A stretch of DNA of 64,000 nt, from NCBI RefSeq assembly GCF_001194135.2, contig NC_068988.1, positions 69,046,080-69,110,079 on the forward strand, given 5' to 3'. Under the pieces are notes generated by a model. That model saw only the letters and a list, made by a program, of their open reading frames with translations, searched no databases and was not told the DNA's origin. Each line of letters opens with the position of its first letter. Positions within the stretch are counted from its first letter, which is position 1. Positions 24,050 to 35,844 of the stretch are shown here, one piece after another. Origin of the DNA: Octopus bimaculoides. Its lineage: Eukaryota. Position numbers and translations under genes: made by a program.

Positions 24050-25720
24050 TTAAGTGGTACTGATAACATGAAACCTGGTACAATTTGTTGCATGGTCGAG
24101 TTGTCAGTTGCTAAACCAGCAACCCCCACCTAGCTCGTTTGGTAAGGAGGGTGACTTGTGGACATCCTGTGTGGTAAAAGATAAAATTGTTAAAGGGCTG
24201 AAGAACTCAGTAGAATCAGTGACCATCCAGAGATTTGTAAAATATGCAGCGGTAGAGTATAAAACACTCAACTGATAACCATCTCAGGATCGATCACTTC
24301 AATTTCCAGGTTTGGGGGCCCCTTAAAGTTGTTTATGTCACCCTCTAGGTATGGTGATGTGAATGACTAGAGTTCATGTCACAATAAAAGAGAGCACTGG
24401 TCATGGTGGAACTTTAAAACCACTAACCTCAATGAGTGGAATGAATCAAAACAATGATTGGAGCTTCTAGTGAAGGTGCTTCATCTGGCCGGTATACTAT
24501 GGGTGAACAGCACAGGCTCAGTCATTATCATAATACTGCTTGAATGAAGTAGAGGAAGGAGGTAAACAAAGCTGTAATGGAGTGTTATTTTAGGCCTTTG
24601 AATGGAAATGGTGTGGCAATTAGAGGATATAGACAAAGGATGTTACAAGTATGACAGGAAATAGGGCTCCTTGAATCAACTGAACAGAGGACCAAGCAAG
24701 GGCAATATGCAAAAATGGATAGCTATCTGAGATGCAGGTTGAAATGATAAAGAACAAGATAAGCAAGGAGGGTGTGGAGGATATAGAAGCTCAGGATGCT
24801 GGAGATTCAAAAATAGATGAGAATATGTACAATGGAGGAATCCAACAGGAAGAGGCAAAACTGAATACTCAAAATGATATGGGATGTGACATTATCAGCA
24901 ATGAACTGGTGGACATTTTGGAAAAAGATGGATGGATGATTACTGATGAATTGTAAATCTTTAAATCAGGAGTCATCCAAAAGATTTTTAAAATGCAAAC
25001 CAACGTCAGGTAGATGAAATAATTAACAAAACAAACAACATCTTTGACAAGGTGCCAACTAGAACCATTACAGCACAGAAACCAACAATCTCAGCACTGC
25101 AAGTATCTACATTGCTGAAGAGTTAGGTCTGAAACAGACTTCACAAAAGTTGATCAAGGAACGATGGTGGAAAAGGAGAATTGAAGGGGATATCAAAATG
25201 CTTAGGAAAGATATTAATATTCTGGAACGGAGAAAACAAAGTGAAGGAAGAAAAAGGAGAAAGATTTAATAACTTACAGGGAAGTACAATATCGGGAGTA
25301 AGAAGATAATTATAATAACTGAAGGGCTGTAACAAAGACTCAGAAGAGATTTTATGTGGAAATGAATGGTATGGTTAGGAATGATGATGTAATTCCTGAT
25401 GCAGATGAAAGTAAGGAGTTTTGGGGTGATATTTAGATTGTAGGAAAAGAGCTCAACAGAAGTGTGGAGTGGCTGACTTACATTAAAAATGACATTCGGG
25501 ATAATCATCAGGGTGAATAGGAGATAACATATAATATGATAACTATCCAGTGTAGAAAGATGCCAGATTGAAAAGCTTCCAGGAGGGACAGGATGCAAGG
25601 GTTCTGAATGAAAAAACTGAGGGCTCTTCTTGGGAGAATTGCAGAGTAACTGAATAAGATCTTGAACAGAGAAAAGAGGTTGCCAGAATGGCTAACCTTT
25701 GAGAGAACAATTTTGAGTTT
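24050..25720 (+). mobile_element. R4/Dong-like LINE 5' portion, degenerate
   Basis: KEVNKAVMECYF...[48 protein letters not shown], and a KMPxWKAPG..LPEWLTF-like region; many stops; begins after (ATA)n. Confidence 0.8.
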
Positions 25721-25784
25721 GAATGTATGGAACAGTGGTGGTAGTGGTAGTGGTCGTGGAGAGGCTGATTTCATTGATACTCAA

Positions 25785-25920
25785 CTGATACTTATTTATT
25801 GACCCTGAAAGGATGAAAGGCAAAGTTAACCTTGGTAGAATTTGATCGGATGGAGACAAACGAAATGCTGCTAAGCATTTCTTCTGGCATGCTAACGATT
25901 TTGTCAGCTCGCTGCCTTAA
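25785..25920 (-). mobile_element. SINE family A, partial
   Basis: GACCCTGAAAGGATGAAAGGCAAAG...CAGCTCGCTGCCTT. Confidence 0.75.
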
Positions 25921-25940
25921 TATTATCAATAACTGTTATT

Positions 25941-26251
25941 GAAGGCACATGGCTCAGTCATTAGAGTGTCGAGCTTACGATCGTGAGGTTGTGAGTTCGA
26001 ATCCCAGACTGAGCTGCATGTTATGTTCTTGAGCAAGACACTTTATTTCATGCTGCTCCAGTTCATTCAGCTGTAGAAATGAGTTGCGACGTCACAGGTG
26101 CCAAGCTGTATCAGCCTTTGTCTTTCCCTTGGATAACACTGGTGGCATGGAGAGGGGAGGCTGGTATGCATGGGCGACTGCTGGTCTTCCATAAACATCA
26201 TTGCCGGACTTGTGCCTGGGAGGGTAACTTTTTAGGTGCAACCCCATGGTC
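25941..26251 (+). mobile_element. tRNA-derived SINE, family E
   Basis: A-box TGGCTCAGTCATTAGAG and B-box GAGTTCGAATCCC, then TTCTTGAGCAAGACACTTT...CAGCTGTAGAAATGAG reminiscent of CORE-type central domains (domain call not verified). Confidence 0.75.
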
Positions 26252-26545
26252 TCAAATATATATATCAAATTTTCATTTCAAATACATATATATATATATA
26301 TANNNNNNNNNNNNNNNNNNNNNNNNNNNNNNNNNNNNNNNNNNNNNNNNNNNNNNNNNNNNNNNNNNNNNNNNNNNNNNNNNNNNNNNNNNNNNNNNNN
26401 NNNNNNNNNNNNNNNNNNNNNNNNNNNNNNNNNNNNNNNNNNNNNNNNNNNNNNNNNNNNNNNNNNNNNNNNNNNNNNNNNNNNNNNNNNNNNNNNNNNN
26501 NNNNNNNNNNNNNNNNNNNNNNNNNNNNNNNNNNNNNNNNATATA

Positions 26546-26664
26546 TAATAGTTATCGCCAAGCCAACATGGCAGTCCCAAAATTAGGACGAAAGCTGCCG
26601 TAAATTAGCTCCAAGAAGCCATCGCCTCTAGCTAGCTGCCATGTTGGCTTGGCGATAACTATTA
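26546..26664. repeat. Perfect 29-bp inverted repeat enclosing a 61-nt spacer
   Basis: TAATAGTTATCGCCAAGCCAACATGGCAG (26546-26574) and CTGCCATGTTGGCTTGGCGATAACTATTA (26636-26664). Confidence 0.97.
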
Positions 26665-28689
26665 ATTTCCAGTACCGCTGCCGTAGTCTCCTTTAGAGAG
26701 ACTTAGAAATATTAATAACTCTATATATATATACATATATACCTTATACATTTATTTCGGAATTCATTGATGTGATATTGTGCAAGACAGTCCGTATATT
26801 TTTACCATTTCTTTCTTTCACTTTATAAACTGTCTCTACCTAAAATATATTTCAAATCATCCAGAAATGGTGTTTATAGACAAAAGACACAAAAGGAAGC
26901 TTTTTATGCTGCCATTAATATTTGCAAAGAAATTAGATGCTATTCAGACTATTTTCTATAACAACGAAAAGGAAAATCTTTTGAGAAAAACTTCTGACTG
27001 CAAATAAAATCCTGATACAATATACAGCTGACATAAAATTCAATATCTAGAGAGATATGAACATTAATAACAACATCAATAATAGTAGCAATAATTATAT
27101 CAATATTACTAAAATAAAGTAAATATGAAAAAATAACTAAGCAAATGTTTCTTTCACAGTGAAAACAAAGAATGGAATTGCTATATCATTTATGAGAAAT
27201 TCAAAAATAAATTTATTCGGATATTAAAATAGTCATTAAGCGTCATTTCTTCTCCCAACCCACATCATAGTAAACTGTTTTTGAGAGTCACTATTATTCA
27301 AATAATAATATAGTGAAAATGTTATTTCACATGCAAACCAATTAATAAATCAAAAGTCAACGATACATCTTTCCTTTCCAGTGTTAGATTTTGTTTGATT
27401 TTTAAAGAAATTTTATTTGCAAAGGTAAAAGTGAAAACTGATGATCATTGTATGTAAGGATATAATGGTAAAACTGCATTAATTTAATATGGAATAATTT
27501 ATGAATTGCATTCAACGAATATTGTTGCTATTGTTGTTATCATTGTTATTGCTGTTTTTATCATTGTTGTTGATCTTAGCACTGATCAGTTCAAATTGAG
27601 GTCCATTATATCAAAGATATTCTTTAAAAGACTATTGCATTTATCACACAAACATTTTCTACTGTGTCCTTCCATTATTTTCATGATGAAAGGAAGTGAC
27701 TTAGCGAAAAATTTTGTTGTTAACTGTAGCAAGTTCAGTGACCACAAACAGCAATGTTCCCAAAATTGGGGTGCTACCATACCTACGGGGAGAAAAAATT
27801 CCTTTCAAACATAGAGATGAAATGTTTAAATAAGAAATTAAATTTCAACTGATTTTCAATATAACTATGGAAGATTTATTATGAAAGGGATACTTGATTA
27901 ATCTTACACTCACCTGTGTATTGAAGGAGTATTATCTGATTACAGAGTATTAAGTGTTGTCCAAGTATAGAGTACTAACTATTGTGTGTCCTAAAATACT
28001 GAGTCAGCAGTATCATAGAACCTTAGACTTAATTGATTTAAGTTTCGCCATCCATGCTGTCAAAACAAATCCCACCTGGATTACCTTTGATTTCATCCCG
28101 AGAGGGTTAATAAGATTAACTCCAAAGTAATTACCTAATTAACTACCTGTAGTAACCCATTCTTACAGACATTGCGATTTTAAATGAGTTAAGTGGTTGC
28201 AATTAAATTAGTGGATAACTATTGCATCACCATAATTTTGAATGTAGAATATTTTGACATCAGTAAAATTTTAAAGGCATTAACTAGAACAATTAACTCC
28301 TTGTGAGTATTGCTGTGATTGGTCTATCCGTTTCCTAGTAATAATAATGATAATAATAATAATAATAATCTTTTCTACTAACGGCTCAAGGCCTGAAATT
28401 TGGAGGGAGGGACTAGTTGAATACATCAATCCCAGCGTCTCACAGGTACTTAATTTAGTGACCCCCACCCCCAAAAGGATGAAAGGCAAAATTGACCTCA
28501 ACAGAATTTATAATAATAATAACAACAACAACAACAATAATAATAATCCTTTTCACTATAGGCACAAGGCCTGAAACTTTTAGAGATGATGCTCTCACAA
28601 ACAATGAACCTGACCACTCTCAAAAATTAAATAAAAAACTGGGAAAATAATCCAGAATCCTTGTCCAGTACTTGATCAATCTCAATGGT

Positions 28690-28975
28690 AGTCATGGAAT
28701 GTGAAGATGGGTGTGTGGGCTGTATTTGTAATGCTGTGTGTGTGTCATCTGCAGTGGGAACAGGGACAGTTTTCTCTATGAAGGCCTTTTTTAGTCTATC
28801 CTTTGATATAGTATCTTTAGGTCCATTAAGGTTTATAGTGAAACATTTACCTGTGTGTGAAAGAACACAGAAAGGACCTGCATACGGTGCTGTTAACGGA
28901 AGTTTAACAACATCATTGCACACAAAACTGTGAGTCCAAGAAGTAAAGCTCCCTTCAATGCAGAGCTAGAAATGC
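28690..28975 (-). mobile_element. Ty3/Gypsy integrase C-terminal (GPF/Y) fragment
   Basis: FVCNDVVKLPLTAPYAGPFCVLSHTGKCFTINLNGPKDTISKDRLKKAF matches the Gypsy PL..PY.GPF.V...DRLK.A motif. Confidence 0.85.
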
Positions 28976-29334
28976 AATTGTTAAGTAGGTAAGATGTTTT
29001 AAACGGGAGTGATATATTTAAAATTGGTAAAACTATAACTTGTGATGGTTAAATTAAATATATTATTGTTACTGAATATGTTAGTGTCATTTAATTTCTG
29101 AACGGCTTTGCTGTTGTTTGTTTATGTAACTTGATTTCTTTATCCATCAGTTTCTACTAAGATAGAGACACGAGTGAAATTAATAATAGAGAAATTAAAA
29201 TAAAACTTTGGAAACAGCAATGCTGCCATAACTTACATGGAAACCATTAGCGTGCTTTCAAGGGAGAAAATCAGAGAAAAACTTGAAAGTTAATGTAAGA
29301 TCATAATACTTCATGTAAAGTAAAGTAAGTATAA

Positions 29335-29531
29335 CAAATAATCCAGAACCCTTGTCCAGTAGTGAATTGATCCCAATATCTACTCAGCTTGTGTCAGTCA
29401 TGAAGACAAACATCCCAACATCCCTGAAAGTTTCATCTGAATCCAGCCAGTGGTTCTTGAGATATCTTGTCCATAGACAAACAAACATAACTGAAAACAA
29501 TAGCCTCTGCCTTTGCTAAGGTGGAGGTAAT
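29335..29531. mobile_element. Helentron/HINE-like non-autonomous element terminus
   Basis: ACAAACAAACATAACTGAAAACAATAG followed by hairpin CCTCTGCCTT-TGCT-AAGGTGGAGG-TAATA, resembling non-autonomous Helentron ends; a related piece lies at about 28645-28685. Confidence 0.55.
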
Positions 29532-29532
29532 A

Positions 29533-30105
29533 GTGCCCTGTTGCAGTACCAGGCAGTGGCTCATATGGCTTCTAATCTTAACTGATTGGAAGTGTTATCA
29601 TGTACGTGTTTTGTTTTGGTATAAAAGATGGGCTACAGAAAATATTCTGCTCAATACCACAGATTTGTTTGCCAGTTGTTTGAATTTAACCAGTGAAGTG
29701 CATCCCTTCGTGGGTGATGATATGTGCATTTCTGATCATGTGCAGAAGTAATGGGGGAGTATCATAGCCATGTGTTGAGAGGAATTCTTTGGAGTTTGGA
29801 TAATTCACCTTTAGAAACATAGGTGTTTTGTTCATCATCCTTAAACAACCCTTATTCAGGAACCTTTTGAGCAGGATGGACTACTCGACTTGAAGAAAAT
29901 TCTAACTAGGCCCCACCTGCAAGATCATGCACTGTTTATCTTGATATGAGATCACTATGTCATGCACATATGGCTGTGATGCATGTGCCTGGTGTATCCT
30001 TATCAGACGGGTAGTCATGATGGGTACAATGGGCTTCGTATATATTTTGGCCCAGTGTCACTTTGATGGCATGCACTGCTCTCTCTCAATAAATAATAAT
30101 AATAA
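29533..30105 (+). mobile_element. Family G element, full length
   Basis: Starts GTGCCCTGTTGCAGTACCAGGCAGTGGCTC; ends GGCATGCACTGCTCTCTCTCAATAAATAATAAT. Confidence 0.8.
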
Positions 30106-30409
30106 TAATCAAATGCAGGATAATGCTAATAATATAGCCTGTGTTTCAGAATTTAAAATTACTTCTTTAACTTTCTAAGACATCTCAACGCTTCTAAAAG
30201 CAAACTTCGTTTGTTTGTTTACATTCATCGTAATTNNNNNNNNNNATAATAATCAAATGCAGGATAATGCTAATAATATAGCCTGTGTTTCAGAATTTAA
30301 AATTACTTCTTTAACTTTCTAAGACATCTCAACGCTTCTAAAAGCAAACTTCGTTTGTTTGTTTACATTCATCGTAATTTGAATTTAATAATAATGACAA
30401 TGATGGTTT

Positions 30410-30620
30410 CAAATTTTGGTGCAAGGCCAGCAATTTTTTAAGGGAGTGGGTAAGTTGATTACATGAACCCCAGTATTCAACTGGTACTTATTTTATCAAC
30501 CCCAAAATGATGGGAGATAAAGTCAACCCCGATGGCATTTGAGCTCAGAACATAAGGTTGAAGGAAATGCTGCCATGCATTTATTCCGGTACAGTAACAG
30601 TTCTGTCAGCTCACTGCCCT
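30410..30620 (-). mobile_element. SINE family A
   Basis: Reverse-complement family A adjoining (AAT)n(GAT)n. Confidence 0.8.
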
Positions 30621-30955
30621 AATAATAATAATAATAATAATGATGATGATGATGATGATGATGATAATGGTAATAATAACAATAATTGGTCCCAGCTGTG
30701 AAACTTTAGTATCCACTTTTGTATGTCTGCATGGATGAGACGGAATTTGTTGAAGCTGATTTTGTATAGCCAGATGCCCTTACAGCCATCAGTCCTCCCT
30801 TGTTTTCAACTTAAGTAATATTCTCTATGACCAGACATTTTCTTGGAAAACTGGAAACAGAAGACACTGTTTGTATGATGAAGAAATTGTTTACAATTAT
30901 CATGCAATGTCACATTGCGGCAACAAAGATACATAATATATGTACACACACAAAC

Positions 30956-31015
<60 letters not shown>

Positions 31016-31180
31016 NNNNNNNNNNNNNNNNNNNNNNNNNNNNNNNNNNNNNNNNNNNNNNNNNNNNNNNNNNNNNNNNNNNNNNNNNNNTATATATATA
31101 TTTGTGTCAGGAGGCAGTAGAAGAAGCTTTCCAAGTGTGTCAATCAGTGAAACAAATGTCTTAACCACACAGTCATACCT

Positions 31181-31212
<32 letters not shown>

Positions 31213-31214
<2 letters not shown>

Positions 31215-31300
31215 GTCTTGATGGGTATACTGGGCTTCCTATATTTTACTCCAGTGTCACTTTGATGGCATGCACTGCTCGCTCACTCAATAATAGTAAT
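31213..31300 (+). mobile_element. Family G, short (probably internally deleted) copy
   Basis: (AAT)n-AAATGTCTTGATG|GGTATACTGGGC...GGCATGCACTGCTCGCTCACTCAATAAT. Confidence 0.7.
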
Positions 31301-31589
31301 AACAATAATGATAAAAATAGCAATATCAATAATAATAATTGTTGCTGCTGTTGTTGTTGTAATATTCTAATTGCCTCTAATTATTACAACTTTAATTGGT
31401 CTCATCAGTGCTATACTGAATTAACCTTTGCAGTACTGATTTAAAGTTTGGAACTTTATTTAACAAAATGCCAAACAGTTCATTAAGATGGAAAATATTA
31501 AATTCTTTATGAATGCTTAAAATCACTTTTCTGATTTTCATTCTGATTTTCATTCAAATCGTGAAATACCCATTTGCTTTTTACATGGA

Positions 31590-31830
31590 TCTTTCTCAAT
31601 GATGGTCTTTAATTAACCATCATCAATGACAGATGGGCATCCACTACGCTCATGAATTTCAAGGCTCAGGTCTCCACTGCGAAATCCTTTAAACTATTTT
31701 CAAGCTGACCACTCACTGGTCATTTCTTCACTAACTATTCGATATCGAGAGCAGTTTCAGCTGCTTTATGACTTTTTTTGAAGTTGAATAACAAATTTGC
31801 TCGAATATCGTTCCATTTCAGATGATTGTA
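31590..31830 (-). mobile_element. Mariner transposase N-terminal (HTH) remnant, second lineage
   Basis: DIRANLLFNFKK/SHKAAETA.../FRSGDLSLEIHERSGCPSVIDDG*LKTIIEKDP resembles mariner FRSGD.SLED.ERSGRP. Confidence 0.8.
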
Positions 31831-33539
31831 ACAACTGTTAGAAAAATATCAATGTTAATTTATTGATGCATTTGGGCAAGTCTTTGACTGTATTATCAGA
31901 CAATTGCAAAAAATGTTTTAAAAAAATTTTAAACTCTGCAAAAATCCAGCACAAATTCTTGACACTTCAAAATGTTGCTTACTTTTTTACCCAACCTGAT
32001 GTATAACTGTATGTGTGAGTGTGAATGTGTGTTGGGTATAAGTGTGTGCGTGTGTGCGTGTGCGTGTGTGTGTGTGTGTGTGCATGTGTTATTTACATAT
32101 TTTTTTATCTTTTATTTTTCATTTGTTTCAGTCATTGCATTGTCATGCTCGAAGAATTTTAGTTGAACAAATTGACCCTAGTACTTTTTTTTTTTTTTTA
32201 ATCTGATACTTATTCTACCTGTTCTTTTGCTGAACTAGTAAGTTATGGGACATAAACACACCAACACTAGCTGTAAAGTGGTGGCTGGAGATAAAAAGCA
32301 GCACTAGTAATGTAAGCATTGTTGCCTGCAAATACACAGTATATGTGTTTATTTAGACACTGAATTTGCTGCTAGATGGTGTCCTGGAAAAGTTACCTAC
32401 ACAGGACCAAGTGTTAAAGAACACCTGAATTTCACAGATCAGACAAGACGATTCTATATTAATTACATTACTACTGTCATATACTTCTGCCAATAAGATT
32501 GCTACCATTTTCATTGTTCTGTTAGATATTCAGAAAGAAATACTAAACAGTCACATGACCTGGTCAATCTTATAGCCATATCTATCTCAAACGTATTTGA
32601 CTTGAAAGCCAACCCTTGAAATAAAGTGATTCTGAGATGGAATGGTCATGGTTAGAGCATGTTGGATCATAAGTTTGATTAATCAGAGTTGACCAAAAAC
32701 TAGAGGCAGCTGAAATTCTCTTGATCTGTTTTGGTCATTAGGCCCAAAAATTCACTTGTACATTTGAGCCTTTATTCCCAACAATTTAACCACATGACCA
32801 TGCCATCGTCCCCAATGCCACCACCACAATTACCAGCACCAATTCAACTCTCAGTTAATTCAACTCTCAGAACTCCTGATGTGGTAAAGACATTTTAATC
32901 TTAAAAACCTCCATATTTAGAGAAACAAAATACCAAAACAAAAACAAAGGAATGAAAGGAAACAACTTAATTTTCAATTTAAATGTTTCGAATAATTTGA
33001 CTGGAAGCTATATTAAACAGGTGTTGACATTACACATTGCTCAATTTATTGTTCTGAGCAAAGCACTTAGACAAAAAACATAATTTTTATAACAAAAGTA
33101 CCACCCAGATGTTTTGTAGTAATGCAATAAGGTTACAATAGCTTAATCATCAGTTGGCAGAAAATAGCTGCAGGGAATAAGTATTGACGTGTACAAATTT
33201 TCTCTGGTGTGCATATATATGTATCATAGTTTATGCATATGTGTTTGTTCTTTCTAATTTGTTTTTTTGTTGTTGTTTTTTGTTTTCTGATAATGAAGAT
33301 AAGACTGAATGGAAAATTCATTTCAACTGAAAATTTCGCTTGTAGATTTGTTTAAAATTGTGTACTTGTAAAAGTAGACACATCTGCATCTTAATGTACA
33401 ACCTTACTACCCCTTCCCCATCTCTTTCTGCTTGTGTATTTAATATACATAGTGGTGAGAAACTGTCAAGAGAGCTGAATTAAAGAAGGTCTTCAGAGAA
33501 TAAGCCCCCCCTCGTGAAGTATTTCAGCCCTTAACTTTT

Positions 33540-35110
33540 ATGCTCTAAGGAGGTCAAGTCACATCCAGATCATGACTCCAAAGTGCCCTTCTCCTGAGAC
33601 TTTTAACTTCTTCCATTATACTTTCAAATTGGACAATGAATTCAATCAAGATCAGTTACGTTGATGAACTTGAATGGAATAAGATATCTGGCCTCAAACC
33701 ATTCTTTCCTGATGATTTCTGATTATATTATTGATCTTGGGAGGTCTGCTGAGAACTCATAGTCATCCACATCACACAGAAGTCTTCATTCCCATGCCCC
33801 ATGCCAATTGACTCCATTCCAGATGACCCCCATGCTAGAAGACTTCATTCTCATGTCAATTGTTAATTGGTGGTGGATTTTAGTTGCCAAACCATATTAA
33901 GTTTCTCAATAACTACAATATCCTTCCTGTTGTGTCCTATTTTCCTTATGGTTTATAAAAGTTCCCACTACAACCACACTCATTATTCCTGATGGCATGC
34001 ATTTCTCTTCCCACAAAATAGTTATACCTTTTTCCTGAGTATGCAAAACCAACTTGCTGAAAAAATTCTCAACTTTTGTTGCACACCTGATATGGACATT
34101 TCAATACAATGTTAGTTATCTTTTCCGCTGATTCAATGTGTTCTCTGCATTTGGGTGAGCATTCTTGTTGATTTATGATGCTCTTGATTCAATCTATTCT
34201 TGTGCTGCTAAGATCACCCCTACAGTTTCTTTCTTCAGTATGCTTTTTCTGTAGTAGTAGCTTGTATGATGTTCTTGTCATCTCTTATCTTCATTTTTTC
34301 CTTGTTCTTAAAAATGCTGAGCGAAGCTTTCCATAAAACTTTGATTTCCTTTTTTCTGCTTATTCTTATTTTCTCTTTTTTGGATTTCATACATTCTGTA
34401 AATAGCCTTTTACTTGTTACTTTTTGAAGGAGTGTTTCTTCTTTTTTTTTCCTTAGAGGAACCTATACTTTTCTTTAGTTTTAATATCACTTTGATTTTC
34501 ATTAACCTTTTCTTCATTTTGTTCTTTTCCATTATAACCAGCTCACATCAGATTGGGATGCATGCTCCTGAGCATTGTGAGTTGCTTCTTCACTATCTTG
34601 TTGGTGCTCTTTAGAGTATCCAATGATACCTGATTTATACCTTATTAACAATTTTGCCCTTCTGTTGATTGCTTGTATGATGTTTTCCACATTCAATTTT
34701 GGGTTTTATAATCTTCTTTATTCTATGAAAAATATTGCTGAGAGTTTCTTTCATTTCTGTACTTTTGATTTTATCTTATTTTAGTAATCCTGGATATTTA
34801 TGTATCTTCTGCATCAGAGGATCTTATATTCTTATCCTTTGGTGAAACTATTCCAATACAGTTTATTTGCTTCCCTAACATCACCTTTATCCTTGCACAT
34901 TCTTTGATTCCAAAATCATCCCAATATTGCCGCAACAGATTGCCATAAGAACACCAGTTGGGTTTTGTCTTCACCATAAAGAGATGATAATTCATTTTTC
35001 TCTTATGCTTTCTCAATAAGGAACTTTCCTTAGCTTTGTTTAGTATTGTTCTCAATGGGAACAGTGTGATTACAAACAAGATGGTAGTGAAACTACCCTC
35101 TTGAAAGATT
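33540..35110 (-). mobile_element. Degenerate R4/Dong-like LINE 3' half
   Basis: ITLFPLRTILNKAK...NYHLFMVK...GIKECA...GIVSPKDKNIRSSDAEDT (RT region) and LKKETVGVILAAQE. Confidence 0.7.
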
Positions 35111-35228
35111 CCACAGCTGATCCCTATCTCCTCCTGGTTTTAACTTTATTCTCTAATGATATATTTTATTTTCAAAAAGGGATTTAATCTTTTCCAAGAA
35201 CTTGAAGACATTGATCTGGAAATGTGGG

Positions 35229-35312
<84 letters not shown>
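35229..35312. repeat. (CTA)n(CTG)n compound microsatellite
   Basis: Direct reading. Confidence 0.98.
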
Positions 35313-35319
35313 ATAATTA

Positions 35320-35560
35320 TTATGTTTTAGAAAAATATGAGATCTCTAGTATTGAAAGCATGCTGCTGAGAATTCAATGCAGATGGGCAAGACATGTTGT
35401 TTGAATGCAAGATGAGCACATTCCAAAATGTCTTTCGTATAGCCAGTAAATAGATGTAATCTGCAGTAAAGGAAGATCCCTACTAAGATATAGGGTTAAG
35501 TTGAAACAATTACTGAAATCCCTACAACTTAATGTAACATCTCTGGAAATTAATTGCCCA
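35320..35560 (+). mobile_element. RTE-clade LINE C-terminal remnant
   Basis: VLEKYEISSIESMLLRIQCRWARHVV*MQDEHIPK resembles RTE SIEAML...QLRWAGHVVRM.DERIPK. Confidence 0.7.
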
Positions 35561-35844
35561 GGTCAATCTAAGTGGAGTAAAATGCACGATGTGTTTAGAC
35601 AATTTGAGTTGAAGAAACAGAAGAGTAAAAGAATTATATCCTGTAATCAACAGACACATTTTCCAATCCCAGGTAAAATCAAAATCACCATTGTTTCCAT
35701 TGTGACTTCATACAAAACCTGTACGTAGACTCAAATTACATTTACACAACAATCCAAATTGATGCAACTTTATTATTTTTAAACCTTTCATTCAGACACA
35801 CATACATTGAAATTGAAGAGAACAGCCATCAACATCATTATTAC

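Noticed and set aside
27914-27936. Minus-strand CAG|GTGAGT donor with a possible 22-nt exon
   Set aside because: Longer exon options contain stops and there are no supporting neighbours; one such motif per strand is plausible by chance.
30105-30378. Duplication of about 130 bp around a 10-N gap (same pattern at 19615-19722 and 3860-3990)
   Set aside because: Exact repeats flanking 10-N gaps are a typical scaffolding artefact.
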